From: Candidatus Omnitrophota bacterium
Lineage (GTDB): Bacteria > Omnitrophota > Gorgyraeia > Gygaellales > Profunditerraquicolaceae
Direction of reading: 5' to 3'
DNA: 64,000 nt
NCBI GenBank assembly: GCA_003598025.1
Contig: QZKH01000002.1
Span: 10,133 to 74,132 of the forward strand
The notes beneath the pieces are model-generated. The model saw only the letters and a program-made list of their open reading frames with translations. It had not been told where the DNA came from and did no database searches. Shown here piece after piece: positions 19,774 through 29,981 of this stretch. Both the position numbers and the translations under genes were made by a program. The number at the start of each line of letters is the position of its first letter. The stretch's first letter is position 1.

Positions 19774-20907
19774 ATGATAAATAAAAAAAGAGTCGTAAAA
19801 TTATTGCGTGATTTAATCCGTATCGATTCGCAGAATCCGGGAAGCGATGAGCGCAGGATTGCATATTTCGTTAAGGGCCACCTTGACAAGCTTGGGTTTG
19901 TAACAAAAATATACGAGTTTAAGGGCAGGCGCTCTAATGTTATCGGGATTTTACGCTCCCAAAAGCCGGCAAAATCACTATTAATAACACCGCATTTAGA
20001 CACTGTCCCCTATGGCAAGAAATGGAAAGTCAATCCATTCGCCGGTTCCATAAAAAACGGCAGGATCTACGGGTTGGGTGCTACAGACTGTAAGGGCAAT
20101 TTGGCCTGTGCTTTAGAGGCAATAAGCAGCATTGTTGAAGAGAACGTAAAATTAGAATATAATTTGGTCTTTGCGGCTACTGCAGATGAAGAGTGCGGCT
20201 CAAGCCTTGGTTTATTGCCGTTATTAAATAAAGGCCTGCTTAGAAGTGATGCTGCTGTGATTCTTGATTCCGATGATTTCGGGATCGTAGTGGCACAAAA
20301 AGGATTGTTGCACCTGAAAATCAAGATTGAAGGCAGAAGGGCGCACGGCGCATATCCTTGGAGAGGCATTAATGCCATTGATCTATGTCTACAGGTGATT
20401 TCAGGTATAAAAAAGCATAAGTTTTCATACAAGAAAATAAAGTACCTCAGGCCGCCTACTGTAAATGTAGGCACGATAAATGGCGGGGATAAAGTAAATA
20501 TTGTGGCAGACTGGTGTGAATTTGAGCTGGATGTAAGGTTTTATCCGGGCATGTGTTCAGAGAGAGTGGTAAATGATATAAAGAAAATAATAGGATCCGT
20601 TTGCCCTAAATATATCTTTCAGATAGAGGCACTGCAGCAGCCATTTCAAATCAGCACCAAGCACAGCCTGGTTAATCATTTGAAGTCCGCTATGCTTAAG
20701 TCCGGTATTAAACCTGAATTCGTCGGCTCCGAAGGGGCGACGGTAATAACCTTTTTACATGAAAAGGGTATACCGGTTATTGCTACCGGATTTGGCGTAT
20801 CCGGTTGCGAACACACCTCTGATGAATATGTGACAATAAATAATTTACTCAAGGGAAGTTTAGTCATGGAATATTTTTTAAAAGATTTTAAATTCAACCA
20901 GCGATAA
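19774..20907 (+). CDS. M20 metallopeptidase (ArgE/DapE-like)
   Basis: HLDTVP, GLGATDCKG, ADEE, HTSDE. Confidence 0.9.
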   Translation: MINKKRVVKLLRDLIRIDSQNPGSDERRIAYFVKGHLDKLGFVTKIYEFKGRRSNVIGILRSQKPAKSLLITPHLDTVPYGKKWKVNPFAGSIKNGRIYGLGATDCKGNLACALEAISSIVEENVKLEYNLVFAATADEECGSSLGLLPLLNKGLLRSDAAVILDSDDFGIVVAQKGLLHLKIKIEGRRAHGAYPWRGINAIDLCLQVISGIKKHKFSYKKIKYLRPPTVNVGTINGGDKVNIVADWCEFELDVRFYPGMCSERVVNDIKKIIGSVCPKYIFQIEALQQPFQISTKHSLVNHLKSAMLKSGIKPEFVGSEGATVITFLHEKGIPVIATGFGVSGCEHTSDEYVTINNLLKGSLVMEYFLKDFKFNQR

Positions 20908-20927
20908 TAAATATAAGGAGAGCAATA

Positions 20928-21911
20928 ATGGCAAATAAAATAAAACTCTTAAAGAAACCAAAATTAAAAAACCCATACCTCATTGTGGCCTGGCCGGGTA
21001 TAGGGGAGGTAGCCTTTAAGGCGGCTACTTATCTTGTTGAACAGCTTAAAGCCACCGAGTTTGCAGAAATGGAGGCGGAGGAATTTTTTTATCTTACCGG
21101 CAGCGTAATACGTAACGGGATAATGGAGACGCCGCAGCTTCCTTACAATAAATTTTATTACTGGAAAAACAAAACAGGAAGTAACGACCTGATAATTTTT
21201 ATAAGCAATGCGCAACCCGACCTTTCCCGCGGGCAAGATTATTGCCAGGAAATAATTGACCTGGCCAAAAGTTTCAAGGTAAAAATGGTGATTGGCTTTG
21301 CCGCTATGCCCCAGCCCATAGAACACACCCAGCAGCCGGGTGTCCGTTTCGCCTGCACTTCCGCAAAATTGAACAATGAAATGAAAAAACACGGCTTTAC
21401 TACTTTGCCAGAAGGCCAAATAAGCGGGATGAACGGTTTATTTTTGGGGATCGCTAAAAGGGAAGGCTTAGAGGGGGTTTCATTTTTAGGAGAGGTACCC
21501 CTTTATACCATCCAGATTGAAAACCCCAAGGCCAGCTATGCAATATTAGATGCGTTAAACAGGATTTTAAGGATAAGCCTCGATTTCACCGCTTTAATCG
21601 AACAGATGCACGCCGTAGATGAGGAAATAAACAAACTCTTAGACTATCTTAAAATCGGCACGCAGGCTTCAGGCCCGATTAATGAAGACGAGATTGAAAA
21701 GATAAAAAAGACATTAGGCCAGCTTACAAAACTGCCTTTTTCCGTGAAGGAAAAAATAGATAAGTTATTCAGCTTGGCAAAAAATGATATTGCCAAGGCC
21801 CAGGAACTAAAGAATGAACTTGATAAGTGGAACGTCTATAAGGACTATGAAGACAGGTTTCTGGACCTGTTCAGGAAAGATTCGGGTGCAGATAAAGAGA
21901 AGGACAATTAA
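20928..21911 (+). CDS. PAC2-family (proteasome assembly chaperone-like) protein
   Basis: LIVAWPGIGEVA, QISGMNGL, ENPKAS; helical C-terminal extension. Confidence 0.75.
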   Translation: MANKIKLLKKPKLKNPYLIVAWPGIGEVAFKAATYLVEQLKATEFAEMEAEEFFYLTGSVIRNGIMETPQLPYNKFYYWKNKTGSNDLIIFISNAQPDLSRGQDYCQEIIDLAKSFKVKMVIGFAAMPQPIEHTQQPGVRFACTSAKLNNEMKKHGFTTLPEGQISGMNGLFLGIAKREGLEGVSFLGEVPLYTIQIENPKASYAILDALNRILRISLDFTALIEQMHAVDEEINKLLDYLKIGTQASGPINEDEIEKIKKTLGQLTKLPFSVKEKIDKLFSLAKNDIAKAQELKNELDKWNVYKDYEDRFLDLFRKDSGADKEKDN

Positions 21912-21913
21912 TC

Positions 21914-22528
21914 GTGATAAAAACAATAATATTTGACTTGGGCAGGGTGCTGGTAGATTTTAACCATCTGACTGCTGCCGATAAGATTTCAAAACTTTGC
22001 AAAAATAGCCCGCAGGAAATATTTGACCTTTTTTTTGATTCTCGCCTCACGGCAGATTTTGAGAGCGGGAAAATAAAGCCCCTTGAATTTTTTTCAGGAG
22101 TAAAAAATATTTTAAAGATTGATATCGGCTACGAGGAATTTAAGCAGATATGGAATGATATATTCTTCCGTACAGAAAGGAATATTGAAACATATGAATT
22201 AGCGCGTTATTTAAGAAGTAACTACAGGTTAGCCATGCTTTCCAATATAAATGTACTTCATTTTGAATATTTAAAAACCAGATTCCCTATTTTTGAAGCA
22301 TTTCATGATTTAATGCTTTCTTACGAGCTGGGTTTAAGAAAACCAGACCCCCGTATTTATAAAAAAGCCATAGAGATAGTCGCAGCTAGCTATCCGCATG
22401 AGATATTCTATACGGACGACAGGCCTGAGTTAATTGAGAGCGCAAGCTTATTAGGCATAAAAAGTTTCGTATTTGAGAATACAGAAAAACTAAAAAGCGA
22501 TCTTGCATCTTGCGGAGTGGTAGTTTAA
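21914..22528 (+). CDS. HAD-family phosphatase (YihX-like)
   Basis: FDLGRVL, LSN, KPDPRIY, DDRPE. Confidence 0.9.
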   Translation: MIKTIIFDLGRVLVDFNHLTAADKISKLCKNSPQEIFDLFFDSRLTADFESGKIKPLEFFSGVKNILKIDIGYEEFKQIWNDIFFRTERNIETYELARYLRSNYRLAMLSNINVLHFEYLKTRFPIFEAFHDLMLSYELGLRKPDPRIYKKAIEIVAASYPHEIFYTDDRPELIESASLLGIKSFVFENTEKLKSDLASCGVVV

Positions 22529-22576
22529 TCAAGGATGTAATCAGTTTTATGAAGTTATTAAAACTCAGAAGGGTTT

Positions 22577-23590
22577 ATGATTCTTAAAAATGACAAGATA
22601 ACTTTGGGCCACGGCGCCGGAGGAAGGCGCATGCACAGCCTTATAAGCGAACTCTTTCTCAAGGAGTTCAATAACCCTGTACTCTCTGAGTTAGGAGACA
22701 GTGCGTTAATTAATATCAAGGGCCGGATCGCTTTTTCCACAGATTCATTCGTTGTAGACCCGGTTATCTTTGAAGGCGGAGATATCGGTAAATTAAGCGT
22801 TTGCGGGACGATAAATGACCTTGTGGTGTCCGGGGCTATCCCTAAGTTTTTATCATTGGCTATCATAGCAGAGGAGGGCCTGGATATTCTATTGCTTAAA
22901 AGGATAGTTGCATCTATAAAAAAATCTTCCAAAGCAGCCGGCATTACGATAGTAACCGGTGATTTTAAAGTCGTGGAAAAGGGTGCCTGTGACAATATAT
23001 TTATCAATACTGCGGGGATAGGGATTTCGATTTCCGGCAGATTATTAGCTGCCGATAGGATAGTAAACGGCGACAAAATTATAGTCACCGGGAATATAGC
23101 CGAACACGGCTTAGCGGTATTAAGCAGAAGGATGGGTTTTTCTTTAGAAGGCCAGATAAGAAGCGATTGCGCAGCATTAAACGGCCTTATATTGCCTGTT
23201 TTAAGAAGGTTCAATAGCATAAAATTTATGCGCGACCCGACACGCGGCGGCCTGGCTACGACATTAAATGAGATTGCCAAATTGGCAAATGTAGGCTTAG
23301 TCATAAATGAAAAGGATATACCTGTCACCAGCAAGGTAAATGCCGGTTGCGAATTGCTGGGCATGGATCCTTTGTTTATTGCCAATGAAGGTAAAGCTGT
23401 AATAATAGCTGAGAGCAGGCAATCTTTGAGAATTGTGGATATGCTGCGCAGGCACCCTTTAGGCAAGAATGCAGCGATAATAGGCAGTGTTGTTAAAAAT
23501 CCGGCTCGAAAGGTTATAATAAAGACAATTACCGGTTCCAGGCGTGTATTAGATATGGCTCCGGATGAAATTACGCCAAGAATATGCTAG
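22577..23590 (+). CDS. hypE: Hydrogenase maturation protein HypE
   Basis: HGAGG, TDSFVV, GTINDL, RDPTRGG, ANEG, C-terminal PRIC. Confidence 0.95.
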   Translation: MILKNDKITLGHGAGGRRMHSLISELFLKEFNNPVLSELGDSALINIKGRIAFSTDSFVVDPVIFEGGDIGKLSVCGTINDLVVSGAIPKFLSLAIIAEEGLDILLLKRIVASIKKSSKAAGITIVTGDFKVVEKGACDNIFINTAGIGISISGRLLAADRIVNGDKIIVTGNIAEHGLAVLSRRMGFSLEGQIRSDCAALNGLILPVLRRFNSIKFMRDPTRGGLATTLNEIAKLANVGLVINEKDIPVTSKVNAGCELLGMDPLFIANEGKAVIIAESRQSLRIVDMLRRHPLGKNAAIIGSVVKNPARKVIIKTITGSRRVLDMAPDEITPRIC

Positions 23591-23645
23591 GGAGCAGATT
23601 AAAGCAAAGTTTTTGATAAAAATACCCCCAATTTTTAAAAAAACC

Positions 23646-23674
23646 TTGACAAACAAACAGCATTATGATTAAAT
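23646..23674 (+). promoter_or_regulatory. sigma70-type promoter
   Basis: TTGACA-17bp-TTAAAT with TG just upstream of the -10. Confidence 0.5.
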
Positions 23675-23748
23675 TAATTAAATAGAAAAAAATTTTTAAT
23701 TTTTTTTGGAGGAAGAATAAAATAAATTGAAAAAAATAGTGTAAAACC

Positions 23749-23778
23749 AAGGGCTCTGATTTTACGGAGCCCTTTTTT
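23749..23778 (+). terminator. Intrinsic terminator-like hairpin in the leader of the ATP-grasp/kamA operon
   Basis: AAGGGCTCTG-ATTTTA-CGGAGCCCTT followed by a T tract, 11 nt before the ATG. Confidence 0.7.
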
Positions 23779-23789
23779 ATGTTTTTAAA

Positions 23790-24779
23790 ATGATATCCGT
23801 AGGATTAACATACGATTTAAAATCAGATTATACATTTAAAGAAGGCGACCCGCCCGACGCAAATGCCGAGTTTGACAGTCCTTCTACCGTTGACGTTATT
23901 GCAAATGCCATAAAGGCATGTGGGTTCAACGTTAAGAAGATCGGCAATGCCAGCAAGGTGCTGGAGAATTTCGGCAACCTCGATGTAGATATAGTGTTTA
24001 ATATTTCAGAAGGCCTTACCGGGCGCAATAGAGAATCCCAGGTACCTATACTTTTAGAGATGGCCGGCATTCCTTATGTGGGTTCCGATGCTTTTACTCT
24101 GGCACTTACATTGGATAAGGTAATGGCTAAGAAGATCTTTACTGCCGGAAATATACCCACCCCGAAATATTTCGAAATAAAAACCGAGGAAGAATTAATA
24201 AACCTTGACCATTGCAGGTTCCCCTTAATAGTGAAGCCGCGTTTTGAGGGCTCCTCAAAAGGATTAAGTGAAAACTCAAGAGTTGCAAATGAAAAAGAGC
24301 TTAAAGCCCAAGCCAGCCGTATAATAAATATTTACAAACAGCCGGCATTGGTAGAAGAATTTATAAGGGGTAAAGAGTTTACTGTGGCTGTCGTCGGTAA
24401 TGATAGTCCCGAGGTCCTGCCGGTTGTGCAGATAAAAATTGACGGCAACCTTGATTTAAAAGACCAGTTTTATACTTTTGCCCGTATAGCCAGCGATAAA
24501 CTTGAGTACGTTTGCCCGGCCAAAATAAGCAAAAAACTCGAGAATAAAATTTCTGAACTGGCCTTGATGACTTATAATGCGGTTGAATGCCGTGATTTTG
24601 GAAGAATTGATTTCCGGGTTGATGAAAAGGATAATCCCTATGTCTTAGAGATCAATCCTTTGCCGTCACTTTCCACCGAAGATGTATTTATGCTTCTTGC
24701 GCAGAATAAAGGCATGACTTATGCCCAGATGATCGGGAAAATACTTAACGGTGCATTTAAGAGGTACGGAATCGTATAG
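23790..24779 (+). CDS. D-Ala-D-Ala ligase-like ATP-grasp protein (1)
   Basis: FNISEG..RESQVP, DK, VKPRFEGSSKG, EEFIRGKE, RIDFR, EINPLPSL. Confidence 0.85.
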   Translation: MISVGLTYDLKSDYTFKEGDPPDANAEFDSPSTVDVIANAIKACGFNVKKIGNASKVLENFGNLDVDIVFNISEGLTGRNRESQVPILLEMAGIPYVGSDAFTLALTLDKVMAKKIFTAGNIPTPKYFEIKTEEELINLDHCRFPLIVKPRFEGSSKGLSENSRVANEKELKAQASRIINIYKQPALVEEFIRGKEFTVAVVGNDSPEVLPVVQIKIDGNLDLKDQFYTFARIASDKLEYVCPAKISKKLENKISELALMTYNAVECRDFGRIDFRVDEKDNPYVLEINPLPSLSTEDVFMLLAQNKGMTYAQMIGKILNGAFKRYGIV

Positions 24780-25808
24780 ATGAAAATTGCGCTTGCGTGC
24801 AATTTGAAGAAGAAGGACAAGACTAAGCCGGTAGATTATTTCTCGGAATTTGACTCCGAGGAAACAGCGCAGGCGATAATTTCTGCTTTGGCTAAAAAGG
24901 GCCATAGCGTTGATTTTGTAGATTTGAATTATCCCGATATTTTGTCATATTTTCGGAAAAACAGGGTTGACATGGTATTTAATATCGCCGAAGGAAGATT
25001 CGGTAAATACCGTGAATCAGAGGTACCGGCAGTTTTGGATTATTTAAAGATCCCTTATACCGGTTCAAGGCCGTTTTCTCTGGCATTGGCGCTTAATAAA
25101 TCTCTGACAAAAAAGATACTTATTGCTGAAGGTATCCCTACTCCTAAATCACAGCTCTTTCTAAGAGGGGACGAGGAATTAAACCCGGAATTAAAATTCC
25201 CGTTGATTGTCAAACCTAATCGTGAGGGTTCGGGTAAAGGCATAGGTTTATCAAGCGTTTTTCTTAAAAGAGAGACGCTTTATGATAAGATTAGAGAGAT
25301 AATAAAAGTTTATAACCAGGAGGCACTGGTCGAAGAGTTTGTTGACGGCAAAGAATTGACCGTTGGTATATTGGGTAATAATAACCCGACGATCTTGCCT
25401 ATATTAGAAATAGATTTTTCTGATTGTGTTTCAAGCGGAGAATATTTTTACAGCTGGCGTATGAAAGAATTTCAGGGTAACAAAGATCTGGGGTTGACCC
25501 CGAAATTCTACTGCCCTGCAAGGTTAGACCAGGAAACGGCAAGCATAGTCAAGGCAGCTGCTTTAAAGACTCATAAAGCAATAGGGTGTTTTGATATATC
25601 GCGGACTGATATACGTTTAAATAAGGATAATACCCCTTATGTTTTAGAGATTAATCCTCTACCTGGGCTTAATCCCCGGGAATCAAACTTCCCGATGATG
25701 GCATATGCCGCAGGTATGAAGTATGAGGATATAATAGAGTCGATACTTATTAGCGCTTCAGAAAGAGAAAGGAGCAAAATTGGGCAACCAATTAGTAACC
25801 GAGAATAA
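24780..25808 (+). CDS. D-Ala-D-Ala ligase-like ATP-grasp protein (2)
   Basis: FNIAEG..RESEVP, VKPNREGSGKG, RTDIR, EINPLPGL. Confidence 0.85.
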   Translation: MKIALACNLKKKDKTKPVDYFSEFDSEETAQAIISALAKKGHSVDFVDLNYPDILSYFRKNRVDMVFNIAEGRFGKYRESEVPAVLDYLKIPYTGSRPFSLALALNKSLTKKILIAEGIPTPKSQLFLRGDEELNPELKFPLIVKPNREGSGKGIGLSSVFLKRETLYDKIREIIKVYNQEALVEEFVDGKELTVGILGNNNPTILPILEIDFSDCVSSGEYFYSWRMKEFQGNKDLGLTPKFYCPARLDQETASIVKAAALKTHKAIGCFDISRTDIRLNKDNTPYVLEINPLPGLNPRESNFPMMAYAAGMKYEDIIESILISASERERSKIGQPISNRE

Positions 25809-26955
25809 AGCTGTAAATGAAGCTACCGCGCAGCCACGCTCTAGGAGATCGCAGGATTATCAGCAGATAAGCCTGTATAAAGACGTCAACCCTTTAGACT
25901 GGGAAGATTGGCATTGGCAACTCAAACACAGAATTTATTCCAAGGACGACCTTTCGCAAATAATAAAAATCACTTCAGAGGAAGAAGCGGCAATAAAAAA
26001 GGCTAGCGGCAGGTTATCTATGGCCATAACTCCTTATTGGGCTTCTCTAATCGACCCTGAAGACCCGGCATGCCCTTTAAGAAGGCAGGCAGTGCCAGTA
26101 TTGGCGGAATCAGAAATCGGCCCGCATGAAATGACTGATCCTTGCGCAGAAGACAGGGATTCACCTGCCCCGCACCTGGTACACAGGTACCCGGACAGGG
26201 TCCTGCTTTTAGCAACCGAGCATTGCGCTATGTATTGCCGTCATTGCACCCGACGCAGGCTAGTCGGCGAACATCCTGAGTCTAAAACCGATTCCAGGTT
26301 CGATCAGGCGATAGAGTATATAAAATCCAACCGTAAAATCAGGGATGTGCTTATATCGGGAGGGGATCCTTTGGTTATGGAAGACGAAGATATCGAGGAT
26401 CTGCTTAAAAAGATCCGCTCGATATCTCATGTAGAATTTGTCAGGATCGGCACGCGTGTGCCCGTGACCCTGCCTCAGAGGATAACGGAAAAATTAGTAA
26501 ATACCCTTAAAAAGTATTCTCCTGTTTGGATGAGCATACATTTCAATCATCCTAAAGAGATCACTAAACGTTGCAAGATGGCATGCGATATGCTTGCCGA
26601 TGCCGGTATACCGCTAGGCAGCCAGACAGTCCTGCTCAAGGGCATAAATGACAGGCCTTATATCATGCGTAAGCTTGTGCATGAACTCCTCAAAATAAGA
26701 GTCAGGCCGTATTATATATATCAATGCGACCCGGTAAAAGGCACTCAGCATTTCAGGACATCGGTCTCTGCCGGGATCAACATCATGGAGAAATTACGCG
26801 GGCATACCTCTGGATATGCTGTGCCGACTTATGTTATTGACGGGCCAGGAGGCGGAGGTAAGATCCCCGTCGGGCCTAATTATATCTTATCTCAGGCTAA
26901 AGGCAAGTTCGTCCTGAGAAATTACAAGGGCAAGATTTATACTTATTCAGAATAA
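25780..26955 (+). CDS. kamA: KamA-family radical SAM lysine 2,3-aminomutase
   Basis: HRYPDR, CAMYCRHC, YIYQCD, YVIDGPGGGGK (PLP Lys). Confidence 0.85.
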   Translation: MGNQLVTENKAVNEATAQPRSRRSQDYQQISLYKDVNPLDWEDWHWQLKHRIYSKDDLSQIIKITSEEEAAIKKASGRLSMAITPYWASLIDPEDPACPLRRQAVPVLAESEIGPHEMTDPCAEDRDSPAPHLVHRYPDRVLLLATEHCAMYCRHCTRRRLVGEHPESKTDSRFDQAIEYIKSNRKIRDVLISGGDPLVMEDEDIEDLLKKIRSISHVEFVRIGTRVPVTLPQRITEKLVNTLKKYSPVWMSIHFNHPKEITKRCKMACDMLADAGIPLGSQTVLLKGINDRPYIMRKLVHELLKIRVRPYYIYQCDPVKGTQHFRTSVSAGINIMEKLRGHTSGYAVPTYVIDGPGGGGKIPVGPNYILSQAKGKFVLRNYKGKIYTYSE

Positions 26956-27176
26956 TAAGTTATTTGTCTCCAGCCACATCCATTCCTCTTAAAATACTAT
27001 CTCCATATCTGTCCATTATATGGTGCTTTTAGCGCAGGATTATTAGTATGCCTGTTCATGATAGATTGTTAACCTATTAATAAATTTACAGAATTTTGCT
27101 GTTTAGAAGCGCTGGCTGATCTTTGCTAGGTTATGTGAACTGTGTTCTACGGGCTAAATCCACCCTTCTTTATTCC

Positions 27177-27205
27177 TTGACCCTTAAATAAGCCTATTAT
27201 ATAAT
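27177..27205 (+). promoter_or_regulatory. sigma70 promoter for the EF-G2 operon
   Basis: TTGACC-17bp-TATAAT. Confidence 0.7.
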
Positions 27206-27291
27206 TCATATATTGCTTGATAAATCAGCTATGATCTTTGTCCTGCCTGCACAAGCCTTCTTTTTAAATATTTTAAAAAAGGAGTTGCGAT

Positions 27292-29247
27292 ATGGATGCA
27301 AAGAACAAGAGGAGTATTATCCTTTTAGGGCATGCTCAATCCGGTAAAACCAGCCTTGCCGAAAGCATGCTTTATTTTACCAAATCCAGCAGCAGAAAAG
27401 GCACAATAAATGACGGCACCACTGTCAGCGATTATAGCAGCGATGAGATCGAAAGAAAAAGTTCAATAAACTTAAGTTTCATGTTCTGTGATCATAAAGG
27501 GGTAAGGATCCAGATTGTTGATGCCCCTGGTTATGCCGATTTCCAAGGGGAAGTGTTTTCTGGAGTAAGGGCGGTAGATAATGCCGTTATAATAGTTGAT
27601 GCCTCTGGAGGGGTTGAGGTAGGGACAGAGAGGGCCTGGCAGCTGGCGGAAGAGTATGAGCTACCTGCCATTCTATTTATTAATAAGACAGATAAAGAAA
27701 ACTCCGGTCCGGAAAAGGTATTGACAGATATCCGTCAGAGGCTTTCTCCCAAGGCAATGGTTATAAATTCTTTGGAAGACCCTGAACTGGTTGAGGCGAT
27801 TGCAGAGAGCGATGATAAACTGCTGGAAAAATATCTTGAAGGCGCCAAGCTTACAAGTGAAGAATTGTCTTTAGGCCTTACCCTGGCAGTATCAAAAAGG
27901 AAAGTATTTCCCGTAATAGCAGGCTCAGCTTTGGCTGATAAAGGCATAGCAGAACTTTTAGATGCGGTTGTTAATTATTTGCCCAGCCCTTTAGAAAGAA
28001 AAGTAATGGCGCATGAGCCCTTAGGTAATACAGAAAAAGAAATCTCCTGTAAGCCCGATGAGCCGTTTTCTTCCTTTGTATTTAAAAGCTTTTCTGACCC
28101 GTATATAGGGCAATTAACGCTGTTAAGGGTTTTTTCGGGGGGGCTTGCTGCTAATACCGGATTTTATAATGTAAGCAAGAAGCTTAAAGAAAAAATCGGG
28201 CCTATTTATATGCTGCAGGGTAAAGAACAAAGGCCTGTTGATTCTGCTTCTTGCGGGGATATAGTTGCTATCGCTAAATTAAAAGATACCTTCACAAATG
28301 ATTCTTTGAGCGATGAGAAGCACCCCGTAGTATTTGATCCGATTGTTTTTCCCGAACCGGCGATATCAGCATCGGTTAAGCCAAAGACCAGCCATGATGA
28401 GGAAAAGATCTCCATAGCCCTGCATAAACTGGCAGCTGAGGACCCCACTTTTAAGTCAACGCATGACCCTCAGACGAAAGAATTGATTATTTCCGGATTA
28501 GGGGACCAGCATTTAGATGTAATGGTCGGGCGCATGAAAAAAAGGTTTCATGTTGAGGTAGATGTGGGCACTCCCAAAGTTTCCTACAGAGAGACGATTT
28601 CTAAGTCGGCTAAGGTACAAGGCAAATTTAAGCGTCAGTCAGGCGGCAGGGGCCAATATGGTGACGTATGGCTTGAGATACAGCCGCTTGAGAGAGGCGC
28701 GGGTTTTGAATTCGTTGATAAGATTTTCGGCGGAGCAATACCGAGAAATTATATCCCTTCGGTTGAAAAGGGCGTATTACAGGCTTGCCAGGAGGGAGCA
28801 ATAGCAGGGTATCCTATAGTTGACCTGCGTGTCATACTTTTTGACGGTTCCTATCATGAAGTAGACTCTTCTGATATGGCCTTTCAGATCGCCGGCTCCA
28901 TGGCTTTAAGGAAAGCAATACTGGCGGCAGGCCCGATTTTACTGGAGCCTTTTATGGATGCAGAGATTGTGATCCCCGAGGAATATTTAGGAGCGATATC
29001 CGGTGATATGAATTCACGGCGCGGCAGGATCATAGGCATGGAGATAAAAGGCAAGAAGCAAATAGTAAAGGCGCAAGTACCGCTTTCAGAGATGTTTAGG
29101 TATGCTAATGATCTGCGTTCAATTACCGGAGGAAGGGGCGTTTATACTATGCGCTTTTCGCATTATGGAGAAGTACCGCATAAAGTATCCGCTAATATAA
29201 TCGCACAATATCAGTCAACAAAGAAGCAGGAAGAAGCTACGGTTTGA
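27292..29247 (+). CDS. fusA: Elongation factor G-like protein (EF-G2 type, shortened G' region)
   Basis: [41 protein letters not shown]; 651 aa. Confidence 0.85.
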   Translation: MDAKNKRSIILLGHAQSGKTSLAESMLYFTKSSSRKGTINDGTTVSDYSSDEIERKSSINLSFMFCDHKGVRIQIVDAPGYADFQGEVFSGVRAVDNAVIIVDASGGVEVGTERAWQLAEEYELPAILFINKTDKENSGPEKVLTDIRQRLSPKAMVINSLEDPELVEAIAESDDKLLEKYLEGAKLTSEELSLGLTLAVSKRKVFPVIAGSALADKGIAELLDAVVNYLPSPLERKVMAHEPLGNTEKEISCKPDEPFSSFVFKSFSDPYIGQLTLLRVFSGGLAANTGFYNVSKKLKEKIGPIYMLQGKEQRPVDSASCGDIVAIAKLKDTFTNDSLSDEKHPVVFDPIVFPEPAISASVKPKTSHDEEKISIALHKLAAEDPTFKSTHDPQTKELIISGLGDQHLDVMVGRMKKRFHVEVDVGTPKVSYRETISKSAKVQGKFKRQSGGRGQYGDVWLEIQPLERGAGFEFVDKIFGGAIPRNYIPSVEKGVLQACQEGAIAGYPIVDLRVILFDGSYHEVDSSDMAFQIAGSMALRKAILAAGPILLEPFMDAEIVIPEEYLGAISGDMNSRRGRIIGMEIKGKKQIVKAQVPLSEMFRYANDLRSITGGRGVYTMRFSHYGEVPHKVSANIIAQYQSTKKQEEATV

Positions 29248-29257
29248 GGAGCCCTAC

Positions 29258-29959
29258 GTGAAAATATCTAACTTTTCAGTACCCAATATAAATATAGGTA
29301 AGCATAATATTAAAGACCAAAGGCTTGACCAGGTAGACAGTATTGTAAAAGCCAAGAAAAAAACGTATATACAGGTAGAGGTTATTGCCCCTGAGCTTAT
29401 GCTCGAGGCAGATGCTATAATTGTTCCCCGTGATCTTACAAGCGACCTTATATTAAAGGATTTGGAGTTCACTGAGACCAGGCTTTCAAGGAGCGCCGAC
29501 GAAAAAGAGAAGGCGCTGCTTGCTTTTATCAAGGCCCAGCTTGAGAAAGAAGTTTTTGTTTGTAACATGCAGCTGGATGCCGAACAGAAACAGCTTGTTT
29601 CAGGATACGGCTTGATTACAGGCAGGCCAGTAATCGTTGCAGAGAGCAGCGATTCGGATAACACCAACTCCTTTTTATCCAGGGCTGTTGCTGAAGGAGG
29701 CTTTATCAGCTTTTTTACTGCCGGAGAAAAAGATACCCGAGCATGGCTTATACGCAAGGGAACAACTGCCTGGCTTGCCGCAGGCGTAATCCATTCAGAT
29801 ATTCAGCGCGGATTCATACGCGCCGAGATAATAAGTTTCAATGATTTTATACAATTTGGCGGTGAGGTAAAAGCTAAACAGGCAGGTAAAATGAGGCTTG
29901 AGCAGAAGGATTATATTATGCAGGACGCAGATTTAGCAAATTTCCGTTTTAATAAATGA
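29258..29959 (+). CDS. Truncated YchF-like protein (DUF933/TGS intact, P-loop absent)
   Basis: [48 protein letters not shown]; no GxxxxGKS/T motif. Confidence 0.8.
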   Translation: MKISNFSVPNINIGKHNIKDQRLDQVDSIVKAKKKTYIQVEVIAPELMLEADAIIVPRDLTSDLILKDLEFTETRLSRSADEKEKALLAFIKAQLEKEVFVCNMQLDAEQKQLVSGYGLITGRPVIVAESSDSDNTNSFLSRAVAEGGFISFFTAGEKDTRAWLIRKGTTAWLAAGVIHSDIQRGFIRAEIISFNDFIQFGGEVKAKQAGKMRLEQKDYIMQDADLANFRFNK

Positions 29960-29981
29960 AATCGAAAGGAGAACATCAGCC

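Noticed and set aside
22558-23466. 302-aa minus-strand ORF and the many other antisense or alternate-frame ORFs in the track
   Set aside because: They shadow well-supported plus-strand genes and have no recognisable motifs
23790-25808. Vancomycin-resistance (van) ligases
   Set aside because: No vanH/vanX/vanRS nearby; N-terminal domains differ from Ddl/VanA; linked to kamA instead
26956-27291. 336-nt intergenic region as ncRNA or small ORF
   Set aside because: Only a sigma70 promoter is recognisable; ORFs are very short and no known RNA motif is seen
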